NCBI GenBank assembly: GCA_001778235.1
Contig: MFGJ01000001.1
Coordinates: 165,605 to 229,604, forward strand
From: Candidatus Falkowbacteria bacterium RIFOXYC2_FULL_36_12
Lineage (GTDB): Bacteria > Patescibacteriota > Patescibacteriia > UBA11705
DNA: 64,000 nucleotides
Direction: 5' to 3'
The notes under the pieces were generated by a model. That model worked only from the letters and a program-made list of their open reading frames with translations. It made no database searches and was not told where the DNA came from. The position numbers and the translations under genes are program-made. Of this stretch, positions 1 through 10,261 are shown in pieces; the first letter of the stretch is position 1, and every line of letters begins with the position of its first letter.

Positions 1-57
1 TATAATTAGTATCAGGAATTAATATTATATTAAAGAATTGATTTTGTCAAGTTGAAA

Positions 58-133
58 TGACCTCCCCATGGGAAGATGACCTCCCCAAGCAAAGAGGGAT
101 GTGAGACCCCTCCTTGTAACATAAGGAGGGGAG
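58..133. repeat. REP-like palindromic repeat family A, copy 1
   Basis: CCCCATGGGAAGATGACCTCCCCAAGCAAAGAGGGATGTGAGACCCCTCCTTGTAACATAAGGAGGGGAG; related copies at 3146, 4671 and 58299; ends in a CCCCTCCTT...AAGGAGGGG hairpin. Confidence 0.85.
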
Positions 134-147
134 GTGAGTGAGAGTGT

Positions 148-1458
148 ATGAATATAGTGTTTTTAATTATTTTTGCAGGGGTGTTTGGGTGGTTTGCCTG
201 GAGACACATGGTGGGTGCTCTATGTGTGCTGATTTTTTTATTACCAAGTTATCTAATTCGGTTTAGTTTGTTTGGGATTCCTGTGACATTACTTGAAGTA
301 ATTATTGTGATTTTGTTTGGGATTTTTGTTTTTAAAAGAATGCACTTTGAAAGATTCAAGGTGACAAAAATAGATAAGATAAGTGGTTCAAATTATAAAT
401 GGTTGATTATTGGGATATTATTTTTTTCAACGATAGCAATATTTTTTTCTCCTGATAAAATTTCTGCACTTGGAATTTGGAAAGCGTTTTTTGTTGAACC
501 AATGATGGTGTTTGTGGTTTTTATTAATGTAATAAAAGACAAACATCAATGGGATTTAATAATAAACAGTTTGGGTGGAGTAGCTTTGATAGTTGCCTTG
601 TTTGCGATTTATCAAAAGATTACGGGGCAATTTATTTTCAATGAAGTTTGGCAGGTGGCTGAAACCAGAAGAGTGGTGAGCTTTTATGGCTTTCCGAATG
701 CGGTGGGATTGTTCTTGGCGCCGATTGTGGTGTTGTTTGTAGGAAGGATTGTTACGAATTTACAAAAACTACAAAAATTACTCCACCAAAGGCGGATGCA
801 CCTATGGCGCAAAATACTAGAATTGGTGTTTGATGTGAGTGTTGTTGTTATGGGTGGTTTGGCAATATGGTTTGCGAGGAGTGAAGGGGCGATAGTGGCT
901 GTGGTGATAGGTCTTTTGATGTTGGGATTGTTTTTCAAGAGATTGAGAATATTTACTTTGATTATGATGGCGATTGGGGTGCTGATTGTAGCGGTGGTGC
1001 CACAAGTGAGAGAATTGTTTATTGAAAAAATAAGTTTAGGTGATTTTTCAGGTAACATCAGAGTAATAGTTTGGCAAGAGACTTGGCAAATGTTACGAGA
1101 TCATCAGATATGGGGTGCGGGTTTAGCAGGATTTCAAGCAGTAATCGGGAATTATCATCATGCAATTCAAAATTTTGAAGTTTATTTGTATCCACATAAT
1201 TTTATTTTGAATTTTTGGAGCGAGGTTGGAATTTTTGGGATGTTATTTTTGGTTTTTTTAATAATAAAGTTTTTTTACAATTATCTCCAGGCAAAAAAAA
1301 TAAACAAAGAATGGTATTTGATTTTAATGGCGGTGTTTGTGACTATTTTGGTGCATGGAATTGTTGATGTACCGTATTTTAAAAATGATTTAGCAGTGCT
1401 TTGGTGGTTGGTGGTTGGTATGAGTGTGGTGTTGTTTCGGGAAAAGATTGAAGAATGA
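148..1458 (+). CDS. O-antigen ligase/polymerase (WaaL/Wzy_C)-like membrane protein
   Basis: 436 aa, about 12 TM segments; R..S..G.PN, R..VW, G.G..GF and YPHN..L..W.E.G motifs. Confidence 0.8.
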   Translation: MNIVFLIIFAGVFGWFAWRHMVGALCVLIFLLPSYLIRFSLFGIPVTLLEVIIVILFGIFVFKRMHFERFKVTKIDKISGSNYKWLIIGILFFSTIAIFFSPDKISALGIWKAFFVEPMMVFVVFINVIKDKHQWDLIINSLGGVALIVALFAIYQKITGQFIFNEVWQVAETRRVVSFYGFPNAVGLFLAPIVVLFVGRIVTNLQKLQKLLHQRRMHLWRKILELVFDVSVVVMGGLAIWFARSEGAIVAVVIGLLMLGLFFKRLRIFTLIMMAIGVLIVAVVPQVRELFIEKISLGDFSGNIRVIVWQETWQMLRDHQIWGAGLAGFQAVIGNYHHAIQNFEVYLYPHNFILNFWSEVGIFGMLFLVFLIIKFFYNYLQAKKINKEWYLILMAVFVTILVHGIVDVPYFKNDLAVLWWLVVGMSVVLFREKIEE

Positions 1459-1563
1459 AGATTTCTTGTTTTTATATAAAAAGAATATTATTGACGAAAT
1501 ATTATTTTTTTGTTATAAATAGATGTTGTGTTCCTTTAAAGGCCAAAGGAAAGAGAGCTCAAA

Positions 1564-2460
1564 TTGAATAAAAAACAAGTAAAAGCCATGTTGTCTGAAA
1601 TGAGGAATCCAGAGAGTGTTTGGCGAATTGGAGAATTGTCGCAGGCTAAATCAAGTGAGATTATGCAACTCATGACTTGGTTTGGTCAGAGATTTGGCAG
1701 AAATGGCAATGCTAGATTTATATTCGGGTGGATGCTGGGGCCGGCTTTTTGTATGATTATTTGTTCTCTGGTGCTTCAGTTGATTTATCATGAGTTTATG
1801 ACTTGGTTTATTCTTTTCATTCCTATGGTTATCATTTCCATGGGTTATGTGTTTATCAAGTATGTGAACAGAGATAGGCAATTTGTAAAAGAGGGAAAAG
1901 ACAGTATTAATAATATTTTCCAACTTTTGAATATTGTGCCAGAGTTAAACAGTGAGAAAAATGATGGATTTTTTTGTCTAGTAAGAACAAATGAAGATGA
2001 GCAGAGCGAAATCATCCGAGTATTTGGAAGTAATGAAATTCCAAAAGATATCAACTTTGTTTTATGTTTTGTCATCTCGGCTGTTGCTTTGCCCGAACAA
2101 AATGTTATCACTTTAGTCCAAGGTTATAATACTATTCTCGGTGGAAGAGTTGCAGAGCTAATTATCAAGATGAAAATGAAAGATGGCTTTGGGAGTATTA
2201 GAGCGATGTTTGAAGATGGGGTGTTTCCAGATGACTTTATGCTCAAAGTTATGCTAGAATTCAAAAAATTGCTTGGTGATTTTATTCAGAATATTTGCAA
2301 TGTAAATATGTTTCTCGGATTGACAGATGAACAAAGAGAATCTTTTCTTGGCCAATTGAGAGAGTGGAATCGTAATGCAAAATATTCGGAGTTGGTTGAT
2401 GTAATGCTTACGATGAATGCGTCAGAAAGTAAAACTTATGAATTTGGAGAGTTTGAATAA
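1564..2460 (+). CDS. hypothetical membrane protein (2 TM)
   Basis: 298-aa ORF with upstream TTGACG/TATAAA promoter-like sequence and downstream hairpin. Confidence 0.65.
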   Translation: MNKKQVKAMLSEMRNPESVWRIGELSQAKSSEIMQLMTWFGQRFGRNGNARFIFGWMLGPAFCMIICSLVLQLIYHEFMTWFILFIPMVIISMGYVFIKYVNRDRQFVKEGKDSINNIFQLLNIVPELNSEKNDGFFCLVRTNEDEQSEIIRVFGSNEIPKDINFVLCFVISAVALPEQNVITLVQGYNTILGGRVAELIIKMKMKDGFGSIRAMFEDGVFPDDFMLKVMLEFKKLLGDFIQNICNVNMFLGLTDEQRESFLGQLREWNRNAKYSELVDVMLTMNASESKTYEFGEFE

Positions 2461-2603
2461 AGTTTGACTAATAGGTTGAACTTTTTTATTTATAAAAAGT
2501 AAATTGATAATTAGCGTAGTTGACAAAACAAAATTAATATGATAATTTTGGATGTTTCTGTTGGGGGAATCTATTCAAGGCTGGACCAACGAGGAGAAGA
2601 GTC

Positions 2604-3107
2604 ATGCTTGATGGAGCAGAGTTGTCCCAGAATGATGCAGTGATTTATTCCGGGTTAGAATATTATTTGAGAGTAGAAGAAAAATTAAGAGAGTTTTTTT
2701 CTTTGGTAAATTATTGTGGCGGGTATTGTTATTACACTGATGGCGTTGGTTGTTGCACTGGAGAATTTTATATTGATGCTAATGTGGAATTAAATCGTCA
2801 AAGAAAATCTTTGTATGGTGGTAAGGTCAAGCGGAGTAATTGTGATGATACAAAACCGTGTAGATTTCATTGCCCAAGCTCTGGTTGTAGTTTAGTAACT
2901 CATAGATCGGTGGTATGTAATTCATTTGTTTGTCAGTCATTTAGACGATATTTGATGCAACAATATCAAATTAGTTATGATTCAGGTGAAATGGCGCAAT
3001 TATTGAAAATTTTGCTACGAAATGTACTCAAAAAAAGAGAACTTGATTATTTGCTAAACAAAATAAATTCGTGGATATTTCAAGTAAAGAAAGTGGACAA
3101 TCGTTAA
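2604..3107 (+). CDS. Cys-rich hypothetical protein, possible Zn/Fe-S binder
   Basis: CGGYC, GCC, C.FH...GC and C..F.C motifs; GAGGAG SD; TTGACA..GATAAT upstream. Confidence 0.65.
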   Translation: MLDGAELSQNDAVIYSGLEYYLRVEEKLREFFSLVNYCGGYCYYTDGVGCCTGEFYIDANVELNRQRKSLYGGKVKRSNCDDTKPCRFHCPSSGCSLVTHRSVVCNSFVCQSFRRYLMQQYQISYDSGEMAQLLKILLRNVLKKRELDYLLNKINSWIFQVKKVDNR

Positions 3108-3145
3108 ATACGGTTGTTTTTTAATTGTAATGTAGGTTTAGAAGG

Positions 3146-3218
3146 CCACCCCATGGGAAGATGACCACCCCATGGGAAGAAGGATGTGAGACCCCTCCTT
3201 GTAAAATAAGGAGGGGAG
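3146..3218. repeat. REP-like repeat family A, copy 2
   Basis: similar to 58-133; lies between convergent genes. Confidence 0.8.
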
Positions 3219-3271
3219 AGGGTGAGTGAAATAAAAAACTTGAGAAGTTTCTCAAGTCAAATTGATTATGT

Positions 3272-4000
3272 CTAAATAAATGGTTTGATTGACAAATCTG
3301 CACTGCAAAACGGGCAATAATTGATTTCAAAGGGTGAAACGGATGGCGGAGTAATGACGACCAAGCCTCTATTTTGTTCATTGAGGTAAATAATTTCGAA
3401 GTTTGTTGGAATTGTTTGACAAAAATGGCGAAACTGGTTTGGTTTTGATTCAGTATAATGTGTAGTCCAGATTGAATTCAGCTGTCGCCAGTACTTTTGT
3501 AGCCAAAAGATAACATACCAGTGGTCAAAAGCCATATCATTTGGGTGGAGCCAAAGCAATGATGATAGATATACAGCATTAGCATCATCGCCAGCTTGGA
3601 GAGATTTAGAAGAGAGTCCAGAAGTTGTAATGTTAATCCAGTATGGTTGGGAGAAATGACGCGCGTCAGGACGAGGATCTCGGTTGTCTGAATCCATGAT
3701 TGGAAGTGCACGCCACTTATTGGGCAGACAGCCAGTCAAATCAAGATTGGTTTCTTCAAGCAGTTCGCGGATGGCAGTTTGCAGTGTATTTTGATCGCCA
3801 TTTTCAAAGCGTAAGTTTTCAGGGTTAAAAGTTCCAGATTTGACATGGCCACCCGGTAAAGCGTAAATAGTTGGCTCATTAAATGGAGGGTGGAGTCTAT
3901 TGATCAGGATAATTTTAGGCTGTGGAGAATAAAAGTTGATGGTGACAACGGCATCAGCTGTGACAGATTGGGGTGCATGTCTGGGCATTGGTATTCCCAT
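3272..4000 (-). CDS. NUDIX hydrolase with C-terminal CxxC element
   Basis: VTADAVV, ALPGGHV, AIRELLEETNL, DPR, AGDDA and MAFDH motifs; insertion within the Nudix box. Confidence 0.85.
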   Translation of the reverse strand: MGIPMPRHAPQSVTADAVVTINFYSPQPKIILINRLHPPFNEPTIYALPGGHVKSGTFNPENLRFENGDQNTLQTAIRELLEETNLDLTGCLPNKWRALPIMDSDNRDPRPDARHFSQPYWINITTSGLSSKSLQAGDDANAVYLSSLLWLHPNDMAFDHWYVIFWLQKYWRQLNSIWTTHYTESKPNQFRHFCQTIPTNFEIIYLNEQNRGLVVITPPSVSPFEINYCPFCSADLSIKPFI

Positions 4001-4313
4001 TCCCCCTGGTTTTTTGTTGCCGTGGAGTAGGTCGGAATTGCTTGTAGCACATTCTCATAAAGTAGATAATGACAGGAATTGGTAAAAGTTCAAATGTCAG
4101 GGTCATCAAGATTAGTGTAGATTGTTCTGAATAATGACATAAACGAACGATGCTGATAAAAATGCTTAAGACTAAAAGACTAAGAATAACTCCGCAGACA
4201 ATATATGTAAACCGAGGATTTTTTTTCCAGAGGAAATAAATCATTAAGACAATTGCGACACTGGTCAGAACAGTGAAAATAGTGGAAAGAATTTTTAGAG
4301 TTTCAAGTGACAT
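3954..4313 (-). CDS. hypothetical membrane protein (3 TM)
   Basis: start moved to ATG at 4313, after a CAGGAGGG SD. Confidence 0.6.
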   Translation of the reverse strand: MSLETLKILSTIFTVLTSVAIVLMIYFLWKKNPRFTYIVCGVILSLLVLSIFISIVRLCHYSEQSTLILMTLTFELLPIPVIIYFMRMCYKQFRPTPRQQKTRGNGNTNAQTCTPICHS

Positions 4314-4407
4314 GAATCCCTCCTGGCGTGGTTTGGTCAATGAACTATGATGAAGTAGAATATAATAAAAATAATAAATTGTCAAGAGTAAAATAAAATG
4401 ATATAAT

Positions 4408-4671
4408 TTGGTTATAAATAATATTGAAAATATGAATTTGAATGACATTTATCATTTTATAAGGAAGTTTTTATTTGAGGTTGCGTCGTATTTGCTCCTT
4501 CAGGCAATTGTGATGCTTGTTTTGGCGGTGGTGATAATTTTATATCCATATACCTTGAATTTATTGGTTGCTCTTGGATTTTTTGTTACTGCATTGGTTA
4601 GTCTTTATTTTATGGTACGAGTTGGTGTGCTGTTTCATAAGGTAAGAAAATTTGGTAAATTGGTGAAGTGA
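4408..4671 (+). CDS. small membrane protein
   Basis: 2 TM segments; true start probably the ATG at 4432. Confidence 0.6.
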   Translation: MVINNIENMNLNDIYHFIRKFLFEVASYLLLQAIVMLVLAVVIILYPYTLNLLVALGFFVTALVSLYFMVRVGVLFHKVRKFGKLVK

Positions 4672-4747
4672 TGACCTCCCCATGGGAAGATAACCTCCCC
4701 AAGCAAAGAGGGATGTGAGACCCCTCCTTGTAAAATAAGGAGGGGAG
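4671..4747. repeat. REP-like repeat family A, copy 3
   Basis: near-identical to 58-133. Confidence 0.85.
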
Positions 4748-4810
4748 CGGTGAAGAAGTCGTTGGTGGACGACTTTTTATTTTTTGTAAAATTGTGATAA
4801 ATTGGAATAT

Positions 4811-6016
4811 ATGAAAGAAAAATATTGTGAATATTGTTTTCCTGAAAAACCTAGACACTTTTTTGATAAGTTTACCAGTTCAGTAACGATTTTTTTAGTT
4901 GATCCATTGTATGTGTTTATTGGGAAAATATTAAATGCAAGGAATGTAAATAGACTTGGTAAAATTTTGGAAGATTTTATGATAAAATTTTTTTTCTTTT
5001 TTAATTTATTGGAAAGGGTGACTGAAATTGAAAGAGAGTATTATCCTAAAAGGGCATTAACTATTTGGGATGAAGCAAAGAAGCGCAATTTGGATATTTC
5101 CAGTGTGGTTTTTGGTAAGGGAAAAAAGTATTTGAATATATTTTGTTGGGAACAGGGAAATAAAAAACATTATTTCAAAGACAGTCCGGTATTTGAATTT
5201 GATGATATTCGGCCGAATGATATTTTGGTTGATGATAAAGCAAGATTTAAAGCGTTTTTAATTAAAAATGGATTACCATGTGCTGATGGCGGATGTTTTT
5301 TTTCAATGAAAAAAGCAATCAAGCATGGTCTTGAAATTGGGTGGCCGTTGGTGGTGAAGCCAGTTGCTTCGTCGCTTAGTCGGCATGCAATAGTGAAAAT
5401 TGATTCAAGAGAAAAACTGGTGAATGCAATAAAAATAGCAAAACAGATAGGTGCAAAAGTGGTGGTGGAAAAGTTTGTCGAGGGCAATGTTTATCGTGCA
5501 GTTGTTTTGGCTGGCTGTTTGATAGCGGTTGCTAAGAGATTGCCGGCAAACATTGTTGGCGATGGGGTTAATGTGGTGGAAAAATTGATAAAACAAAAGA
5601 ATTTGAAATTAAAAACAGATAGCCAGATTGTGATTGACGAAAATTTGATAAAAATGCTTGGGATGAAAAATAAGAATCTAGGTACAATATTGAGTTTTGG
5701 TGAAAGATTGGAATTGTCAGGCAAGGTGACTGTAAGGAGCGGTGGGGAAATTCATAATGAGACGGACTTTATCAATGCAGAAACAAAGAAAATGTTTGAA
5801 AAATTACAACTTGATTTAAATATTCCATATTGTGGGTTTGATTTTATCTGTCAGGATGTTAGCAGGAGTTATTTGGAGCAAAATTTTGCGATAATTGAAA
5901 ATAATACCTTACCATTTATTGAAATGCATCATGAACCAGATTTTGGAGAGCCGATTGATGTTGCTCGGATGGTTTGGGATTATGTGATTGAAAAAGAAAA
6001 AGAACTGGTTGGTTAG
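4811..6016 (+). CDS. ATP-grasp ligase, cyanophycin synthetase/GshAB-like
   Basis: DDK..FK..L...GLP, PLVVKP, VEKFVEG..YR, R.PA.IVGDG, GFD, IIENN.LP, MHH.P motifs. Confidence 0.8.
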   Translation: MKEKYCEYCFPEKPRHFFDKFTSSVTIFLVDPLYVFIGKILNARNVNRLGKILEDFMIKFFFFFNLLERVTEIEREYYPKRALTIWDEAKKRNLDISSVVFGKGKKYLNIFCWEQGNKKHYFKDSPVFEFDDIRPNDILVDDKARFKAFLIKNGLPCADGGCFFSMKKAIKHGLEIGWPLVVKPVASSLSRHAIVKIDSREKLVNAIKIAKQIGAKVVVEKFVEGNVYRAVVLAGCLIAVAKRLPANIVGDGVNVVEKLIKQKNLKLKTDSQIVIDENLIKMLGMKNKNLGTILSFGERLELSGKVTVRSGGEIHNETDFINAETKKMFEKLQLDLNIPYCGFDFICQDVSRSYLEQNFAIIENNTLPFIEMHHEPDFGEPIDVARMVWDYVIEKEKELVG

Positions 6017-6153
6017 TTTGGGGTCAGTTTTTATAAAATTTCTGGAGAATTTTATTCACTTTACGATTTGGGAAGTAAGAGGAAATTGTGGTATAATATT
6101 TTTGTAGAAATCAATGTGAGTGAGGGGAAACTCATAAGTTTTGTATTAAAATT

Positions 6154-7029
6154 ATGCAAAGACAAAAAATTCGAAAAGCAGTTATTCCTGTGGCTGGCTA
6201 TGGAACAAGATTTTTGCCAGCAACGAAAGCTCAACCAAAAGAAATGTTACCGGTAGTTGACAAACCTATAATTCAATACGCGGTAGAAGAAGCGGTGGCG
6301 GCTGGAATCACTGATATTATCTTGGTAACCGGGAGTGGAAAACGAGCGGTTGAAGATCATTTTAGTTACAATTTTGAAATACAGCATTTCCTCAAAAAAG
6401 TTGGTAAGGAAAAAGAAAGGGAAGAGATAAAAAGGATTGCGGATATGGCAAATTTTATTTATATTCGTCAAAAAGGTCCATATGGAAATGGTACTCCAGT
6501 ACTTTGTGCCAAAGATGTGGTTGGTGATGAACCATTTGTGGTGATTTGGGGTGATGAATTTTGGGATTGTCCGAAGGTGCCAAGAATAAAGCAACTTATT
6601 GATGTTTATGAAAAATATGGTGATCCAGTAATTGTGGCGAAAGATATTACAAAAGAAGAAACAAGAAAATATGGGGTAATTGATGGAGTGAAGGTTGGAA
6701 AAGATGTTTATGAGGTGAAAAAGTTGGTAGAAAAGCCTGGACCAAAAGATGCCCCATCACTGCTTGGGTCTGTTGGTGGATATTTGTTGACTCCTGATAT
6801 TTTTGAGGCTTTGGAACATACAAAGTTGGGTAAGGGTGGAGAGCTTTGGTTGCCTGACGCGATATCAAGATTGATGAAACAGAGAGCTTTGTATTGTAAG
6901 CGAATTGACGGGACTTATTATGATACTGGTTCGGTATTTGGCTATTTGAGAGCTAATGTTGAATTGGCGTTGAAACGAACTGAACTGAAAAAAGAGTTTA
7001 GAAAATATTTGAAAGGGTTGAATATATAG
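6154..7029 (+). CDS. galU: UTP--glucose-1-phosphate uridylyltransferase
   Basis: KAVIPVAGYGTRFLPATKAQPKEMLPVVDKP, VEKP, GELWLPDAI. Confidence 0.95.
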   Translation: MQRQKIRKAVIPVAGYGTRFLPATKAQPKEMLPVVDKPIIQYAVEEAVAAGITDIILVTGSGKRAVEDHFSYNFEIQHFLKKVGKEKEREEIKRIADMANFIYIRQKGPYGNGTPVLCAKDVVGDEPFVVIWGDEFWDCPKVPRIKQLIDVYEKYGDPVIVAKDITKEETRKYGVIDGVKVGKDVYEVKKLVEKPGPKDAPSLLGSVGGYLLTPDIFEALEHTKLGKGGELWLPDAISRLMKQRALYCKRIDGTYYDTGSVFGYLRANVELALKRTELKKEFRKYLKGLNI

Positions 7030-7097
7030 TTGGGATAATAAAAATAGAAATTGGTAAAGTGGGAAAATTTTTGTTAATTGTTAAGGTGAAAAATTAT

Positions 7098-8522
7098 ATG
7101 CAGAAAATTAAAAAATGGCGAACAGTTTTAACAGTGTTTTTGATTGCAATTTTTCTTGTTACAACTGGGGCTAGTTGTGCTAAGGGTGGAACCAGTGACG
7201 CCAAAGAATCTTTTAAGCCGGTTACCCTGAAATTTTGGACGGTTTTTGATGATCGAGATGCGTATGCTGATATTATTACTGCATATAAACAGTTACATCC
7301 AAATGTGACGATTGAATTCAAAAAATTGCGGTTTGAAGAATATGAAAAAGAGTTGATAGAAGCTTTTGCTCTTGGACAGGGCCCAGATATTTTTTCAATT
7401 CAAAATACATGGACAAATCAGTATTTAAAATTGCTTGATCCCATGCCACTGACTGTAAGTGTGCCAATAAAAACAATAGAAGGAACTGTGAAAAAAGAAG
7501 AAGTCATAAAATTGGTTACTGAAAAAATGTATACTCCAAGTCAGGTAAAAACAATTTTTGGCGATAATGTGGCAGAAGATACGGTGTTTCAATATAATGA
7601 AGGAACTGAAGATGAACCAATTTTAACACCACGAGTTTTCGGATTGCCAACGAGTTTGGATAATATGGTGCTTTATTATAATCGAGATATTTTGAATAAT
7701 GCAGGTGTGCCTGAACCAGCAAAATATTGGACTGATCTGGAAGGACAGATAGAAAAGATAAGAAAAGTTGATAATGATAATAATATTTTACAAGGGGCGA
7801 TTGCTCTTGGTACTGCAAAAAATGTTGTTCGAAGTTTTGACATTTTATCCTTGTTAATGATGCAACTCAAAACAGAAATGGTTGATGATCGCGGTCAAGT
7901 AAATTTTCATAAGATACCAGCATCTTTATCTGGTCAGGGAATAACAACTCCACCAGGAATTAATGGTTTGGAATTTTATGCGGCTTTTGCGGATCCAATA
8001 TTGAATACTTATACTTGGAATGAGAAAATGTTGGAATCATTGCAGGCTTTTACTTCAGGAAAATTAGCTTATTTCCCTGGATACGCCTATCATAGACCAT
8101 TTATCGAGGCGCAAGCACCTACAATGAATCTGGAAATTGCTCCAATGCTTCAGCTCGAAGGTTATGATACTGTAAACTTTGCTAATTATTGGCTTCAGTC
8201 AGTTTCAGCCAATAGTCAAAATAAAGGTTTTGCCTGGGATTTTGTAAGATTCATGACTTCACCTGAACAGGTAATAAAGTATTTAGATAAAACTGGAAAA
8301 CCAGCAGCTGTTAGGAGTTTGTTTGATAAACAGGTTCAAGATGAAGAGATGTCAGTTTTTGTTGAGCAGACTTTGACTGCAAAATCATGGTATAGAGGGA
8401 AGGATTATAAAGCAGCTGAAAAGATTTTTGATGATATGATAGAATCTGTTGGATTGGGTGAGGTGACGGCAAAAGAAGCGGCTGGATTGGCAGTGCAAAA
8501 GATTCAGCAGACGATGAAATAA
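7098..8522 (+). CDS. extracellular solute-binding protein (sugar ABC SBP family 1-like), lipoprotein-like
   Basis: signal ending TTGASC; GPDIF, LYYNRDIL, AWDFVRFMTS motifs. Confidence 0.85.
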   Translation: MQKIKKWRTVLTVFLIAIFLVTTGASCAKGGTSDAKESFKPVTLKFWTVFDDRDAYADIITAYKQLHPNVTIEFKKLRFEEYEKELIEAFALGQGPDIFSIQNTWTNQYLKLLDPMPLTVSVPIKTIEGTVKKEEVIKLVTEKMYTPSQVKTIFGDNVAEDTVFQYNEGTEDEPILTPRVFGLPTSLDNMVLYYNRDILNNAGVPEPAKYWTDLEGQIEKIRKVDNDNNILQGAIALGTAKNVVRSFDILSLLMMQLKTEMVDDRGQVNFHKIPASLSGQGITTPPGINGLEFYAAFADPILNTYTWNEKMLESLQAFTSGKLAYFPGYAYHRPFIEAQAPTMNLEIAPMLQLEGYDTVNFANYWLQSVSANSQNKGFAWDFVRFMTSPEQVIKYLDKTGKPAAVRSLFDKQVQDEEMSVFVEQTLTAKSWYRGKDYKAAEKIFDDMIESVGLGEVTAKEAAGLAVQKIQQTMK

Positions 8523-8635
8523 GCGAGAAAAGCGAGTACAGCGAGTACAGCGAGTACAGCGAGTGAAGTGAGTACAGTGAGTGAAGTGAGTGAAGTGAGT
8601 ACAGTGAGTGAAGTGAGTACAGTGAGTGAAGTGAG
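8522..8635. repeat. 9-bp degenerate tandem repeat
   Basis: about 12 units of AGCGAGTAC/AGTGAGTGA/AGTGAGTAC. Confidence 0.9.
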
Positions 8636-8660
8636 AAAGTAAATAATTGATTTAAATAAA

Positions 8661-9020
8661 ATGAAAAATAAGAGAATATTAATTTTAATGGTTGTGGTGA
8701 TTAGTTTCATGCTAGTAAATGTTGTGTCGGCAGCTGGTCTGGTGCCTGATGAATGCCGTGGGGATGCGGATTTAAGTACTTGTAATTTGAGTTCAGTTGA
8801 AGCCACAATATTTAATATTGCAGAATTTTTACTTGGGATTGCTGGTAGTTTGGCTCTGCTAATGTTTGTTTATGGCGGATTTCTGTATATAATCGGTGGA
8901 GCCAGTGAAAAACAAGTAGGGAAAGCAAAAGATGTTTTCAAATATGCAATCACAGGATTAATTATTATATTTTTATCGGGATTAATATTGAGGGTGGTTG
9001 TTCAGGCTTTGGCAGGGTGA
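8661..9020 (+). CDS. TrbC/VirB2-like pilin 1
   Basis: signal peptide, then G.AGSLALLMFVYGGF.YI..G...V.KAK...AI.GLII; N-terminal Cys pair. Confidence 0.85.
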   Translation: MKNKRILILMVVVISFMLVNVVSAAGLVPDECRGDADLSTCNLSSVEATIFNIAEFLLGIAGSLALLMFVYGGFLYIIGGASEKQVGKAKDVFKYAITGLIIIFLSGLILRVVVQALAG

Positions 9021-9021
9021 G

Positions 9022-9104
9022 AGTGAAGATTAAAGATTGAAGATCAAAGAGTAAAGATTAGAGATTAAAGATTGATTGGCTGACGGTTTGAAACCGTCAG
9101 GTAT
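9022..9104. repeat. 7-mer GATTAAA/GATTGAA run plus CTGACGGTTTGAAACCGTCAG palindrome
   Basis: same composite recurs at 32976-33057. Confidence 0.8.
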
Positions 9105-9136
9105 GGATGCTAGATATAAATGATTGAGGAGTTTTT

Positions 9137-9736
9137 ATGAAAAAATATTTATTAGTTTTTACATTGATGTTGCTTGTTGGAAGTTTTGTTTTTTCACATA
9201 ATGTTTTGGCTGAAGTCAATGATGATTTTAAGACAATCTGTATTCGTTTGGCAGGACCGGATGCACTATTACAGGGAAAGTGTGCTGAAATAACGCCGGT
9301 TTCTTCCTCGGATTTTGCAAGGTTAAAATGTAAGGAAGTAGCTGAAGCCTTGTCTGATGAAGATGGGGTTCAGGATTGTGAAAATGTGGGAATTATTGCC
9401 CCAAGCACAACAGGTGATACTGCAAGCGGAGAAGGAGCAGAAGATGATTTGATAAAAGGAATATATGATAGTATTGGAAAGTTTGAAGAATTGGGAATTA
9501 CTTCGGCGAATCAAGATGTGCCAACATTTGTAGGAAATATTTTGAAATTATTTTTTGGTATAATTGGTTCAGTTGCTTTAGTAATGTTTATTTATGGTGG
9601 ATTTGGTTATATGACATCAGCGGGCGATCCGAAGAAGGTGGCAAATGCTAAAAATACTTTTATTTGGGCATCACTTGGACTTTTGTTGGTTTTTGGTGCT
9701 TATGCTCTAGTAAATTTTGTAATCAGTAATTTATAA
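9137..9736 (+). CDS. TrbC/VirB2-like pilin 2 with extended Cys-containing N-terminus
   Basis: C-terminal GSVALVMFIYGGF.YMTSAGDP.KV..AK pilin core. Confidence 0.85.
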   Translation: MKKYLLVFTLMLLVGSFVFSHNVLAEVNDDFKTICIRLAGPDALLQGKCAEITPVSSSDFARLKCKEVAEALSDEDGVQDCENVGIIAPSTTGDTASGEGAEDDLIKGIYDSIGKFEELGITSANQDVPTFVGNILKLFFGIIGSVALVMFIYGGFGYMTSAGDPKKVANAKNTFIWASLGLLLVFGAYALVNFVISNL

Positions 9737-9790
9737 AGGTCGGATAATAATACTCGCGGGGCGAGAATTTAAATATTAATTGAAAAAAAC

Positions 9791-10165
9791 ATGTTAAAAA
9801 AAATTATCGCAATTACAATGGTTTTGACTCTTGCAATAGCAGTCGCAACTCCGGTATTGGCGGCAAGTGATCCGTTCGGAGTAGAGACTGTTGGAACAGA
9901 ATTGAACCTTGGAAACAAAGATATTCGTCAGACAATTGGTGAGATTATCAATGTTGGTTTGGGATTTCTTGGAGTGGTTGCTATTATCATTGTACTTATT
10001 GGTGGTTTCAAGTATATGACTGCTGGTGGAGCTGAAGAAAAGACTAAAGAGGCAAGAAAATGGATAATTTCAGGTGTGATTGGTTTAGCAATTATTTTGT
10101 CTGCATACGCAATTACAACTTTTGTTGTAAATCAACTGGTTACAGCGACTGGTAGTGGTGTTTAG
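9791..10165 (+). CDS. TrbC/VirB2-like pilin 3, possible major pilin
   Basis: LGFLGVVAIIIVLIGGFKYMTAGG.EEK..EARK core; own downstream hairpin. Confidence 0.9.
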   Translation: MLKKIIAITMVLTLAIAVATPVLAASDPFGVETVGTELNLGNKDIRQTIGEIINVGLGFLGVVAIIIVLIGGFKYMTAGGAEEKTKEARKWIISGVIGLAIILSAYAITTFVVNQLVTATGSGV

Positions 10166-10180
10166 TCACGAAAATTATTG

Positions 10181-10217
10181 AGGCAGAGTTTTAGCAGCTG
10201 AAAAACTCTGCCGTTTT
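10181..10217 (+). terminator. stem-loop after pilin 3
   Basis: GGCAGAGTTTT...AAAACTCTGCC followed by GTTTT. Confidence 0.6.
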
Positions 10218-10261
10218 CACTAGAGTAAAAAGTCTATAAATTTTTTGCCTTAGTGAAAGAT

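Noticed and set aside
8504-8806. 100-aa minus-strand ORF with LTSLTV repeats
   Set aside because: Translation of the 9-bp repeat, antisense to pilin 1.
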